A stretch of 64,000 nucleotides of DNA from an uncultured virus (IMG/VR IMGVR_UViG_3300030339_000027) (Duplodnaviria > Heunggongvirae > Uroviricota > Caudoviricetes). The stretch is from the IMG/VR virus record IMGVR_UViG_3300030339_000027; one strand, 5' to 3'. Shown here in pieces: positions 18,749 to 29,337 of this stretch. Below the pieces are notes generated by a model. The model had not been told where the DNA came from, searched no databases, and saw only the letters and a program-made list of their open reading frames with translations. A program made the position numbers and the translations under genes. How positions within the stretch are numbered: the stretch's first letter is position 1; every line of letters starts with the position of its first letter.

Positions 18749-21700
18749 ATGAAAAAAATCACACAGAATAGTTTTGGTAAAGGCATGAACATGGATCTTA
18801 ATCCATTATCTACACCAAAGGATGTACTAACAGACTGCTTAAATGGAACTATCATCACATATAATGGAGATGAATTTAATCTTCAGACTGAATTAGGAAA
18901 TGTACAAGTAAGAGTTACTGGTGCAGACACAGAAGATCCAGATGCTCTTCCACAAGGATTTATTCCTCTGGGAATTAAAGAGTATAATGGAATCATGTAT
19001 ATAGTAGCCCATAATCCATTTACCAAGGAAACGAGAGTTGGAAGTTTACCTTCTCCTCAAAGATATGTGGTTGTTAGTGATGGTGATAACTTAACTACTA
19101 AAACTATAGCTGATTTATGGGGAGATTCTGCTGGACTAAAACAATCTATTAGTATAAACCATGGAATGAATTTATTAACTTCATTTATTACAAGTGGAGA
19201 TAAATTTAGAATTGCTTTAACTCTTGATGGATTAACTTGGGCTCATGCACACGAACTTTTAACTAAGTTTGTGAATAACTATGCCCCTACCTCAGTAAAT
19301 GGAAAAGACAGGGGAACTGGTTATTTTAACTTCAACTATTATGTCATGGACATAGATGGTAATTTAACTCCTATTCCATTAAGTCTTTCTCCTAATTTTA
19401 CAGGTGATTATTCTGATATAGATTTCACACCATCTCCTGGTTTAGGTGGAATAAATGGTGTTTATAAAGTATACAAAGATGATGCTAAGGCTGTTATTGT
19501 AGTGATAATGACTCCATGTACTTTAGAGGCATTTGATTTTACACTTGCTGGGGATAATACAGGAAATATTTTAAAATCTAAAATTATTTTCAATAAAAGT
19601 TCTATTATTGAGAACTCTGCTATTAAAGTCAAGACAATAAAAATAAAAACAACTAGTTCTGAGGGAACTACTATTGCTGATAAATATTTTGATTATGAAG
19701 CATATCAAAATGGCACAATGGAAGTTATCATTACTAAAGAAGATGTGCCAAATACTGCTGTGTCTTTTACAGCAGGTACTGTATTAACAGTAACTTGCAC
19801 TCCTATAGATCAATTTGGTAGAGAATTGATTGATCTTACTGTGACCAAAACTTATGAGATCAGTTCTTTACCTTTAGGTATAGACGCTCATAGTCATTTT
19901 ACTTACGTTTTAAATGATAATGATACTATTACAATAAAATATAATTTCTTGTATAAAGGACAGGTAGGAATTGTAAATACGAATATTGAGTTTTATGATT
20001 TTTGGTCCAACATAAGTACTTTAAAGATGGATATACCAATAGTAGATGGTGAATGCTCAGTGACCCTTTCTTTATCTGCTGCTCCTGCTTCTAAAATATT
20101 TGATGGAACTACACAAGGTGGTTATCCTACCTCAGGTATAGAAACTTCTGTATCTACTCAAAAAATAATGGCCTCTGGTAATAGAAAAACTAGAACAACT
20201 ATTCTTAGAAAAAATCACTGTTACTTAATTAGAATATTTGGAACAGAAACTGTTGATTATAATATCTTTCAGTTATTATATACCTTACCAATTCCTAAAT
20301 TTGTAAATACAAATGCTAAGAATTTTGGTTCAATTGATATTGTACAAGGTTTACTTCAAAATGGCAATTATGATCTTGATTTTGTAGGAACACAATTAGC
20401 AGACAGTACTCAGGGACTATTAACATTAACAAATACTCCAGTTTTTACTGCCAATACAACAAATTATAATCCAATTTCTGGAGATCCTACAGATGCATAT
20501 CGTTTATATGGTGGCCCAGTTTTTAATGAATATTACAAACCATCTACAGAAGCTTTAAAAAAGACAAATTGGTCTTATGTGGACTCTTATTATAGAAATC
20601 CATATGATGGACTTTTCTATAACGGATTAGATAGTGTTATTACTAATATAGGATATCATAATTTCTCAGAAATATCAATGAAGTTAGGATTTACAAATTC
20701 TAATGTAACTTTTAGTCCAACTTTATTTCCAGCTGGTAATGCATATCTTTCAACTCCTTTAAGTACTGGAGGATCTCCTAAAGACTTTAAATTTAAACTC
20801 TTAAGTAATTGTAATATTACCACTGCAAATCAAACAGGAACTATTAAATTAATACCTTATAGTAAAGTGAATTCTGGTACTCCTCTTTTATTTGGAGAAG
20901 TGGACCATACTTTATTTAAAAAGAGTATACAAATAAAAGGGAACTTAATAAATTTTACCACTAACATATTTGATAAAGACTTTACTTATAGTAATTTCCC
21001 AGACATAGTTACTAATTTTACTTGGTTAAAAGGAGGGGTAGATAATACTGCTAGTACTTCAGCTACAGTAAAAGCAAGTTTAACTACAACTGATATTTTA
21101 GACACAGTTACTCTCTCAAATATTACCTTAGCATCACAAAGATTAACCACTGCCCCATCTCTATTCTCTTCTTATAATAAAACTTTTGCAAGAAATAAGA
21201 ACTTTAGATATTTTACATGGGAATCTGCTCAAACTGCTAAATCTAAAAGATACAATGCTAACTCATATGCTACATTAAGTGATTATACTGATTTTAAATT
21301 AGTTGGAGGAGATGATAATGCCAGAAGTTTTACTATTATAGTTCCACCGACTGGATCATTAGTAAATAAAATTGTTACATATGCTTGTACCTTAGGTATA
21401 GATATTAATCTTTCTTTAGAATTATCTGATATTTATAGTACAGATTTAATTTACACAGCTATTCAAAATATAGGAGTGCTTGTAGATCAAATTACTGGAA
21501 ATAAAATCTCAGAAGTTAGAACAGGTGTTACCTTTACTCCTACTCAATTCGTAATTGGTTGTAACTCATCTTCTGCGGGAAATAATGTTTTGCAAACTAT
21601 TTACCAAGTATACAAAACTAATACTCCTATTTATGTAGATCTATTAGTATCAGATCCAGCAATAGCATTAAATGTCTACAATCAATTATGGCTTTCTGAT

Positions 21701-22942
21701 TTAGTAACTAGACCTTATATTGGTATGGTAGGGTCAACTTATTTAGATGATCTATGTGTATATCAAAGTTATAAGGAAACTATCTTAGCACAATATGCTG
21801 ATAGTGCAAATATTGATTATGTGTCTACAGGAACAGATACTTTAGATTTAACGGCCAATAATGTAATTTATAATACTAATACTCCAGTAATAGATAAGTC
21901 TCTTAGATACTTAACTAAAACTTGTTTTGGATCTGCTACTTTAATGCCATTTACTCTTAAATCCATGGATGATATTATAACTAATTGGAAGAGTAATAAC
22001 GCAAGTTTCCAAATTTTGTATAACTTTGCCAAAGTAGATGGGGGAGATAGAAACATTCCTTGGAATTATATAAGTCTTCCTATCTGCACAGTACCTCTTA
22101 GAAACACTAGAATACAATTGAATGCTGGAAGTCCTGTAGCAATGCAAAATATCTTTACAAATAGTAAAACACGATTAGAAGCTTCTACTCCTTTAATTTC
22201 ACAAACAGGAATTACTCCAGTAATTAAATCGGTATTATCAGGTGATCTATATACAGTACAAACTACAAATCCTTATTTCTCTTTAATAGATAGTAATGCC
22301 TCAAATAATATAAATAATACTGTACTAAAAATTCCTGTAATTAATACCACAACTTTAGCTGGTAGAATTATGCAAACAGAAAATGCATATGGAATTGACA
22401 AATATTTAGTAGATCCTCCAAGTATAACAGAAATTACAAATGGAAGAACCTATACAGCAGGAGAAAGTTTTGGAGGAGGAATTATATTTTATGTAGATGG
22501 CACAGGAAAACATGGTTTAATAGTAGCAAAAGAAGATTGCAGTGTTGGTATATTCTGGGCTAGAAATTCTGGATGTACTTGTGGAGCAACTTATACAACA
22601 GGAGCTTCAGGTACAGTCATTGGAACTGGTTATACAAATACAAATATTATTAGTGCTAATTGTTGTGCTAGTCCATATGCAGTTTCAACTTGTTTGAGTT
22701 ACAGTTCTAATGGTTACATTGATTGGTTTTTTCCAAGTGTCTCTGAGATGCAAAGAATGTATACTGCAGGAATGTTAAGTAAAGGAATTGGAATTAGTAC
22801 AAGTCAAGATTACTGGACTTCAAGTGAATCTACTGGAGGTACAAGTGACCATTATGCTTTTATGTATAATTTTGGAAGTAATACTTCTGCAGCAGTATTA
22901 AAAAATAATGATCGTAGAGTAAGAGCAATTAGAAAATTTTAA
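18749..22942 (+). CDS. Tail protein: N-terminal part of muzzle/tail-stabilisation protein, long beta-rich extension, C-terminal C-type-lectin-like (DUF1566/Lcl-like) domain
   Basis: Start NSFGKGMNMDLNPLSTPKDVLTDCLNG resembles the start of P22-gp10-like stabilisation proteins; end GGIIFYVDGTGKHGLIVA...DWFFPSVSEM...YWTSSE...VRAIRKF. Confidence 0.65.
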   Translation: MKKITQNSFGKGMNMDLNPLSTPKDVLTDCLNGTIITYNGDEFNLQTELGNVQVRVTGADTEDPDALPQGFIPLGIKEYNGIMYIVAHNPFTKETRVGSLPSPQRYVVVSDGDNLTTKTIADLWGDSAGLKQSISINHGMNLLTSFITSGDKFRIALTLDGLTWAHAHELLTKFVNNYAPTSVNGKDRGTGYFNFNYYVMDIDGNLTPIPLSLSPNFTGDYSDIDFTPSPGLGGINGVYKVYKDDAKAVIVVIMTPCTLEAFDFTLAGDNTGNILKSKIIFNKSSIIENSAIKVKTIKIKTTSSEGTTIADKYFDYEAYQNGTMEVIITKEDVPNTAVSFTAGTVLTVTCTPIDQFGRELIDLTVTKTYEISSLPLGIDAHSHFTYVLNDNDTITIKYNFLYKGQVGIVNTNIEFYDFWSNISTLKMDIPIVDGECSVTLSLSAAPASKIFDGTTQGGYPTSGIETSVSTQKIMASGNRKTRTTILRKNHCYLIRIFGTETVDYNIFQLLYTLPIPKFVNTNAKNFGSIDIVQGLLQNGNYDLDFVGTQLADSTQGLLTLTNTPVFTANTTNYNPISGDPTDAYRLYGGPVFNEYYKPSTEALKKTNWSYVDSYYRNPYDGLFYNGLDSVITNIGYHNFSEISMKLGFTNSNVTFSPTLFPAGNAYLSTPLSTGGSPKDFKFKLLSNCNITTANQTGTIKLIPYSKVNSGTPLLFGEVDHTLFKKSIQIKGNLINFTTNIFDKDFTYSNFPDIVTNFTWLKGGVDNTASTSATVKASLTTTDILDTVTLSNITLASQRLTTAPSLFSSYNKTFARNKNFRYFTWESAQTAKSKRYNANSYATLSDYTDFKLVGGDDNARSFTIIVPPTGSLVNKIVTYACTLGIDINLSLELSDIYSTDLIYTAIQNIGVLVDQITGNKISEVRTGVTFTPTQFVIGCNSSSAGNNVLQTIYQVYKTNTPIYVDLLVSDPAIALNVYNQLWLSDLVTRPYIGMVGSTYLDDLCVYQSYKETILAQYADSANIDYVSTGTDTLDLTANNVIYNTNTPVIDKSLRYLTKTCFGSATLMPFTLKSMDDIITNWKSNNASFQILYNFAKVDGGDRNIPWNYISLPICTVPLRNTRIQLNAGSPVAMQNIFTNSKTRLEASTPLISQTGITPVIKSVLSGDLYTVQTTNPYFSLIDSNASNNINNTVLKIPVINTTTLAGRIMQTENAYGIDKYLVDPPSITEITNGRTYTAGESFGGGIIFYVDGTGKHGLIVAKEDCSVGIFWARNSGCTCGATYTTGASGTVIGTGYTNTNIISANCCASPYAVSTCLSYSSNGYIDWFFPSVSEMQRMYTAGMLSKGIGISTSQDYWTSSESTGGTSDHYAFMYNFGSNTSAAVLKNNDRRVRAIRKF

Positions 22943-22951
22943 AAATAAAAT

Positions 22952-25900
22952 ATGATAAAACTTTATTACACAGGGTTAGATCTACCTGAAATAGATCCAA
23001 ATACATATACTACTCTGTTATTAGATTTAGCTAGTAGACTTTCTTACACTTTACCAGTGGATTTTAAGTTTGAATTTAATGTATTACTAGATAAAAATTT
23101 AATTGAGGGAGATCTCTCTTATGTTTTTAAACCATTCCAAAACATTAGATATTCTGGAAATACTGATGAAATAGCTGGGAAAATTAGTGGAGAGTTAATT
23201 GATTTTTCTACTACTAAATTGGATTATTCTATTAACTATCCAGTAGAAATTGAAATTCAACCCTCATATGATGGAACTGTAAACTTAATTCTCTCTGATA
23301 ATCACACTCCTCCTAGGTTAATTAACTCTAGATTTAGTGTAACTGAGGGTCGTCGTTTCTATATTGTAGATAGAGAAGGTAATAAAGATACTAATATTTA
23401 TGATGATGATAAAATTGATAATCAAACTCGCTTATATAAAACCATTAATAGAATTCCCAAACTTGAATTTTTAGGATTAGATAATGATGGTAAATTAAAT
23501 GTGGGTAATTATGTTTTTTATTTTAGATTAGTAGATGCTGATGGAAATGAAACTGATATAATCACAGAAAGTGGTATAATTAGTTGCCACATTGGTAATA
23601 TTAATGATCCTAAATCTATTAGAGGAGGAATGGGTAATGAAAACAGTGGTAAAGCATTAACATTTAGACTGACCAATCTAGATAGTAATTATAATTTTTT
23701 AAACATTTATTACTCACGTAGTACCTCAGATTATTCTGAAAAAGAGATTACTACTTATTATAAAATTGATACTAAATTTACTATTAAATCTCAGTCTATT
23801 GATTTAAAGATTACTGGTTTTGAAGCCATTTCTCCAATTACTAAAGAGAGTATTAATGTTCAATATAATATAATTGATAGAAATAAAACTCTAGCTCAAG
23901 CTCAGAATATGTTATTTCTCTCAAATATTCATAGAACTACAATTCCATATAGAGAATTAAAGGACCTATCTTTAAGAATTTTACCTTTTCCAGAACAATC
24001 TATGAATATTGGGGCATTAACTCCAGAATACACACCAATTTCTGAGGGTAAATTTGCTTATTTTGATAGTAATAATGTGTATGAATACACAGGATATTGG
24101 GATGAGGAAATGTATAGATTAGCTATAGTCTACATTATGAAAGATTATTCTTTATCTGATCCTTACAATATTAGAGGTAAAGATTTTAGTAATAATTCAG
24201 TTATGACTATTTCCCCAAGTAATCCTTACACTAATTTCTATTCAGAAAAACCTTTATATGATGGTAAAGGAAATAGACTTTATATTGAGGAAGAAGATAA
24301 TTTATTAGTGGGATCTAAATATAAATTGGAGAATACTAAAGGTGTAATTAAAATTGGAGGTATGGGAATTACCTCACAAATTACCAATTCTGAAACTAAA
24401 CCTATTACTATTAAAGTAGTGGTTCCAATTGATGTACAAACAGAATTAAAAAAATATACTAAAGGTTTCTTTCTTGTAAGACAAAAAAGGATCCCAACTA
24501 TCTTGTGCCAAGGTTTATCTATTGGCCATGATAAAATGTCTGGATTACCTTTACTTCCTGAATATAGTAATGACGTTAAAAAATTAGTACATACTGTACA
24601 AGGAGTTCATATTTATAAACCAAAATACTCTTCAAATTATGCAAATACTTCTTATACAAGTATTAATGCAGCTTTAAAAGACACTTCTTTCTATAGACTT
24701 CCTTCAAAAGGCGAGAGTTTTTTTACCTTTGTAAATGATAGTATTTTAAAGAGTGCCTCTATAGAAAATCTAAATCCAGGAGGTGCACTTTTAGTACCAG
24801 ATGCTTTATTAAATTCTGAGTATCTCTCACAAATGTTTAGCGGTTCAGATTTCTCATTAACAAGTGCTAAATTTAAAACTATAAGTGGTGGATTTCAAAG
24901 ATACTTCTCAGCCACAGATGTTCCTGTAAATAAAACTTTAGAGGAATTAGATGATTTAGCCACACATTTCGTAATTACTGATTACACTGAAAACTTAATA
25001 CCTTCCTCAGAAAAATCAAAATTAATTTTAGTTCCTGAGGATACTACTTCTATTAGTTTGGATACTTCCTACTATTCTACACGCGCTGGAGAAGCAGAGG
25101 AAGCTTGGAGATTTTCTGCATTCTTAAAAAAAGAATTAGAAATTGTTGAAACTGATGTAACTCTAGATGGAGTTACTTATAAAAAAGAATCTAATGATTT
25201 AATTAGAGGAGTATTTACACCTTTTATTGGAGCTTTGGGTACTTTAAAAACTTCCGGGGGTTTTTATAATATTAGAACACTTGGTTACTCAGATAATAAT
25301 GTCTCTGATTATTTCAAAGTACGTTATAATGATAATTCTCCATTCATGGCTATTTCAGATAGATATGATTGGGATCGTTTTGATATAGATGCTGTCCCAC
25401 AAGACACTTATAAAACTTTAAGTTTATACAGAGGAGATTGTTTTATTAACCAGGTTTCTGTAAGAATGTTAAGAAATTTTCAAGATCCTGAATCACCTGT
25501 AAATGATATAATAGTAGATGTTAATACTTTAGAAAATTTTAAAGGATATGGAGTAAAACTTACTGATACATTAGAGCTTAATAAAGAAAGTCTTGAGAAA
25601 ATTAATAGAGGAGATGTAAATGCTGTTAGATTAGGATACTGGGCAACTTTTAAATTTTGTAGTAACATTAATTTTGCTTTTAGATGTGTTGATCCTACTT
25701 ATATCTCAGAGTATGCTCTAGCAGGCAGGCCCAGGTCATTCCATCCTTTATATAGTAGAAGTTTGTCGGGTACAGCTAAGATAGCAGATTCTGGAGCTAT
25801 GAATGTAGGTTATAACTCAACTACTTCTGATAAATATTATTATTCAGTCACAGACATTCCTGCTATTAAAAATGATTTTACAAATCGTGTAATGTACTCA

Positions 25901-28285
25901 CAAGTACATGTAACAGATGCTTTTAAAAATGGTTTTAGAATTTTTGAAGGATTAAATTATAGAGATTATACAATTGAATTTGGAGCTATTACTAAGATTA
26001 TTTCTTGGTTTGGTAACTTAATAGTTGTGTTTGAAGCTGGTGTAGGTATTCTCCCAATCAATGAGAGAACTTTAGCTGGACAATCTGAAGGTGAGAATGT
26101 TTATCTTCGTAATGCTGGTGTACTTCCAGAAAAACCAATGATGGTTTCTCATGGTATAGGCAGTGCTTGGTCTGATTCTATTCAGATTTCTAAAAATTAT
26201 ATTTATGGAGTAGATGCTGTTGCAAAAAAAATCTGGAGAACTGATGGTAAGAAATTCGAAGTAGTTTCTGATTTTAGAGTACAAAAATTCTTGAATGATA
26301 ATATCTCTTTTACTATTTATGATAAAACTCCTTTAATTGGTTTACGTAATGTAGTTACCCATTATAATATATTTAAAAATGACTTAATGTTTACCTTCTA
26401 TGATCAAACATTTAATGAGGAGGAAAAAGCATGGAGTTTATGTTACAATGAACAATTAAATAATTGGGTTACAAGATTTTCTTGGATGCCTGCATTCTCT
26501 GAGAATATTAGCAACACCTTCTTTACATTTGCTAGAGGTACTTGTAAAGTGACTTCAATGATTTCTAAATCAATTGATACAGCAGATGGTCTTGGTAATA
26601 TCTATATTAATTCTATACAAGAGAACAAATTAAATACAGGAGATTATCTCTCATTATTTTATGAGAAAAATTTAGAGGACACTCTCCCAGTTGTTACCGG
26701 CACAATAGTACAAGGAACTGTTTTATCAACTCCTCTCTCTATTGTAGAAACTACTCCAATTTTATTTTCAGATGGGCCTTCTTCTAATAAACATCCTATG
26801 TATTCTGGAACTAATTACTCTTCTGGATATGATAAAGTTTGGACATTTACTCCAGAATCAGGGAAATTACTAACAGTATATGATAAACAGAATATATTAT
26901 TAGCTCTTTCTGATAATAGTAAACTGTATTTTTACAGGTCTGCTAATAGTTTAAATACAATAACTTATGGACAAGATGAATTAATAGATATTCACGTTAA
27001 TGGTGATGTAATTTCCAATATGCAAACTACTTTAGCTAAGCCTAATTTAAAAATTAATTTTGTAGTAGCTCCTGTTACTTTATACAGTACTCCAGAGTTA
27101 AATAAAGTACAGGCAGACTCCATTGCAAGAGATGGATGGTTATTTGCAATAGGTTGTATAAATTCTGCATCTGCTTCCCTTGATACTCAGGAATATTTCC
27201 TAACTTTGCAGGGAAAAGAATTGTATAAGAATCCTACTTTTAATTATAGTTTCGCAGGTAATGCCAGTACAACTGTTTATGATAATCAGTATTTTGAAAT
27301 TAATAAAAACACAGCTATTGTAGATGGTAAAACTGTAGAGAGTAGTTATATAGCTATTAATCCACAAGCACTTTATGCAGATACTCCTGATGTGAAATTT
27401 ACAAAATTGCTAAACTTCTTTGATAGAATATATTTTGCATTTTTAGTAAACTTAAATGTAATTTTAAATCCTCTCGGAAATCAAGGTACTACTGGAGTTT
27501 CTGGAAGTGATAAATTTCAAGATTCTTTATATATTAGACCTAGTTTAGAAACATTAACTAGCTTACTTACTTTATTTAGTAATAGTTTAACTTGTCCTCC
27601 TTTAAGAGGAACTAGAGGTGTTTTAGCCCCTGATATTCCATTAACAGAAACTCAAAGACTTGCTTTAGTAAGTTCATTAACAAAAACTATTGAGAGATAT
27701 AAAGCTAATACTACTACTAATTTGTGGAAACATGGACAATCAGGTATTTTTGAGCACGAAGGAGAATTTCTTCCAGCTAATTGGTATGGTGAACAACATC
27801 CTTTTGAATTTGAGTTTGTAGTAAATGGTGATGAATTAGGTATACATAAAATGTTTGATAATCTTAAAATTATCTCTAATAAAGTACAACCTTCTTCCTT
27901 TGAATTTCAAATAGTAGGAGATGTTTATGATTTTACCTCAAATAATGGAGAAATAACTAAAGATCCTATGTTCCCATATGGAGATAAATATACTTTAATG
28001 AATGCTTTACAAGTAGAATATGTAAAGACAAAAGAAAAGAGATTGCTCATGCATCAACCCGCAATTAATGTAGATACAGTGGGTTTACGTAAAGGAAATG
28101 TTTATTATAAAGAAGATATGTGGGAAGTTCAAATACAACCTATTAAAGTTAAAAAAGTATCTTCTGGAAAAATGACAGAAACTAAAATCAGAGATAAATA
28201 TTGTATAGTAAAAATACAATATACTGGAGATCAGTTAGCAATCATTACTGCACTCCAGACTTTATATACATTAAGTTACTCATAA
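22952..28285 (+). CDS. Muzzle/tail-stabilisation protein, main body
   Basis: 1777 aa, beta-rich; IQPSYDGTVNLILSDNHTPPRLINSRF, YRGDCFI, FGAITKI, IYGVDAVAKKIW, LCYNEQLNNWVTRFSW, KMFDNLKIISN and KIRDKY motifs. Confidence 0.7.
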   Translation: MIKLYYTGLDLPEIDPNTYTTLLLDLASRLSYTLPVDFKFEFNVLLDKNLIEGDLSYVFKPFQNIRYSGNTDEIAGKISGELIDFSTTKLDYSINYPVEIEIQPSYDGTVNLILSDNHTPPRLINSRFSVTEGRRFYIVDREGNKDTNIYDDDKIDNQTRLYKTINRIPKLEFLGLDNDGKLNVGNYVFYFRLVDADGNETDIITESGIISCHIGNINDPKSIRGGMGNENSGKALTFRLTNLDSNYNFLNIYYSRSTSDYSEKEITTYYKIDTKFTIKSQSIDLKITGFEAISPITKESINVQYNIIDRNKTLAQAQNMLFLSNIHRTTIPYRELKDLSLRILPFPEQSMNIGALTPEYTPISEGKFAYFDSNNVYEYTGYWDEEMYRLAIVYIMKDYSLSDPYNIRGKDFSNNSVMTISPSNPYTNFYSEKPLYDGKGNRLYIEEEDNLLVGSKYKLENTKGVIKIGGMGITSQITNSETKPITIKVVVPIDVQTELKKYTKGFFLVRQKRIPTILCQGLSIGHDKMSGLPLLPEYSNDVKKLVHTVQGVHIYKPKYSSNYANTSYTSINAALKDTSFYRLPSKGESFFTFVNDSILKSASIENLNPGGALLVPDALLNSEYLSQMFSGSDFSLTSAKFKTISGGFQRYFSATDVPVNKTLEELDDLATHFVITDYTENLIPSSEKSKLILVPEDTTSISLDTSYYSTRAGEAEEAWRFSAFLKKELEIVETDVTLDGVTYKKESNDLIRGVFTPFIGALGTLKTSGGFYNIRTLGYSDNNVSDYFKVRYNDNSPFMAISDRYDWDRFDIDAVPQDTYKTLSLYRGDCFINQVSVRMLRNFQDPESPVNDIIVDVNTLENFKGYGVKLTDTLELNKESLEKINRGDVNAVRLGYWATFKFCSNINFAFRCVDPTYISEYALAGRPRSFHPLYSRSLSGTAKIADSGAMNVGYNSTTSDKYYYSVTDIPAIKNDFTNRVMYSQVHVTDAFKNGFRIFEGLNYRDYTIEFGAITKIISWFGNLIVVFEAGVGILPINERTLAGQSEGENVYLRNAGVLPEKPMMVSHGIGSAWSDSIQISKNYIYGVDAVAKKIWRTDGKKFEVVSDFRVQKFLNDNISFTIYDKTPLIGLRNVVTHYNIFKNDLMFTFYDQTFNEEEKAWSLCYNEQLNNWVTRFSWMPAFSENISNTFFTFARGTCKVTSMISKSIDTADGLGNIYINSIQENKLNTGDYLSLFYEKNLEDTLPVVTGTIVQGTVLSTPLSIVETTPILFSDGPSSNKHPMYSGTNYSSGYDKVWTFTPESGKLLTVYDKQNILLALSDNSKLYFYRSANSLNTITYGQDELIDIHVNGDVISNMQTTLAKPNLKINFVVAPVTLYSTPELNKVQADSIARDGWLFAIGCINSASASLDTQEYFLTLQGKELYKNPTFNYSFAGNASTTVYDNQYFEINKNTAIVDGKTVESSYIAINPQALYADTPDVKFTKLLNFFDRIYFAFLVNLNVILNPLGNQGTTGVSGSDKFQDSLYIRPSLETLTSLLTLFSNSLTCPPLRGTRGVLAPDIPLTETQRLALVSSLTKTIERYKANTTTNLWKHGQSGIFEHEGEFLPANWYGEQHPFEFEFVVNGDELGIHKMFDNLKIISNKVQPSSFEFQIVGDVYDFTSNNGEITKDPMFPYGDKYTLMNALQVEYVKTKEKRLLMHQPAINVDTVGLRKGNVYYKEDMWEVQIQPIKVKKVSSGKMTETKIRDKYCIVKIQYTGDQLAIITALQTLYTLSYS

Positions 28286-28299
28286 TAAATTAAATAAAT

Positions 28300-29337
28300 A
28301 TGGCAGATCCATTGACATCAGATCCTAAACAGCAACAATATACACCATTTAAAGCTTCCGATATTTTAAGTATCGGGAGCATATTTGGAGATGGTTCAGC
28401 TGGAGGAGGAAAAAGAGCATCATTAGTAGACGGATTAATTAATTCTGGAGTTACAGGAGCAATGGCTTATGAACAGAATAACACTAAAGGTGGTACTAAA
28501 TTTCAACAAGGTTTAAATAAGAACGCTGCTATTTTTAGTGGCGTTACTGGAGCAATTAGTATGATTCCAGGCGTAGGTACTGCTATTAGTGCAGGATTAA
28601 CAGGAGCAAATTATTTATTAGGTAAAACAGCTAAAAATGCCAATAGAATTGGATTAGGTTCTACTTTAGGAACTTCTTCTGGATACGGGGGAACTGCTTC
28701 TAATATAGGAGAGCAGGCTAGTAACATTTCTGCTTATAATAATGCAGGAGGTACTAAATTGTTTGGGGGAAATAGAGGAAAACTTAATGAAATTACAAAA
28801 AAACTAAAAGGATTTCAAAGTACAGCAACAGGAATAGTACAAAATGCTCAAAGACAAATGGCAGCAATTCCAGGAGCAGCACAAAATATTGGTATGCAAA
28901 ATGAAATTAATTTTAAAGGCCTCCCAGAAGTAGCAATTGGTAAAAAAGGATTAAAATTAAATACAGAATTCTTAAAAGAATTTAGAGCTTTTAAAGCTGG
29001 CGGTAGTATTGAACTTATTAAAGGTTCTCCTCAAAATGTGATTGTTGATGGTAAACTTCATAAAGAGTTAAATCACATGGAAGATGTTACTGATACTGAA
29101 ATTACTAAAAAAGGGGTTCCTGTTTTAGAAATGGAAGAGGGAGGTCAACTAGGAGAGCAGACTGCTGAGTTAGAAAGAGATGAAATTATTTTTCATCTTC
29201 AATTAACAAGAACTCTAGAAGAACTAGAAAAAGAAGGTACAGATGAGGCTATGATTAAAGCTGGTAAGATTCTTGCAAAAGAAATCTTAAAAAATACCAA
29301 AGACTCTAGAAGTAAACTATTAAAAAATATACAATGA
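28300..29337 (+). CDS. Internal virion (cargo/pilot-like) protein
   Basis: Gly/Ala-rich hydrophobic hairpin (GVTGAISMIPGVGTAISAGLTGA), then a charged C-terminal domain (GKLHKELNH...AELERDEIIF). Confidence 0.5.
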   Translation: MADPLTSDPKQQQYTPFKASDILSIGSIFGDGSAGGGKRASLVDGLINSGVTGAMAYEQNNTKGGTKFQQGLNKNAAIFSGVTGAISMIPGVGTAISAGLTGANYLLGKTAKNANRIGLGSTLGTSSGYGGTASNIGEQASNISAYNNAGGTKLFGGNRGKLNEITKKLKGFQSTATGIVQNAQRQMAAIPGAAQNIGMQNEINFKGLPEVAIGKKGLKLNTEFLKEFRAFKAGGSIELIKGSPQNVIVDGKLHKELNHMEDVTDTEITKKGVPVLEMEEGGQLGEQTAELERDEIIFHLQLTRTLEELEKEGTDEAMIKAGKILAKEILKNTKDSRSKLLKNIQ

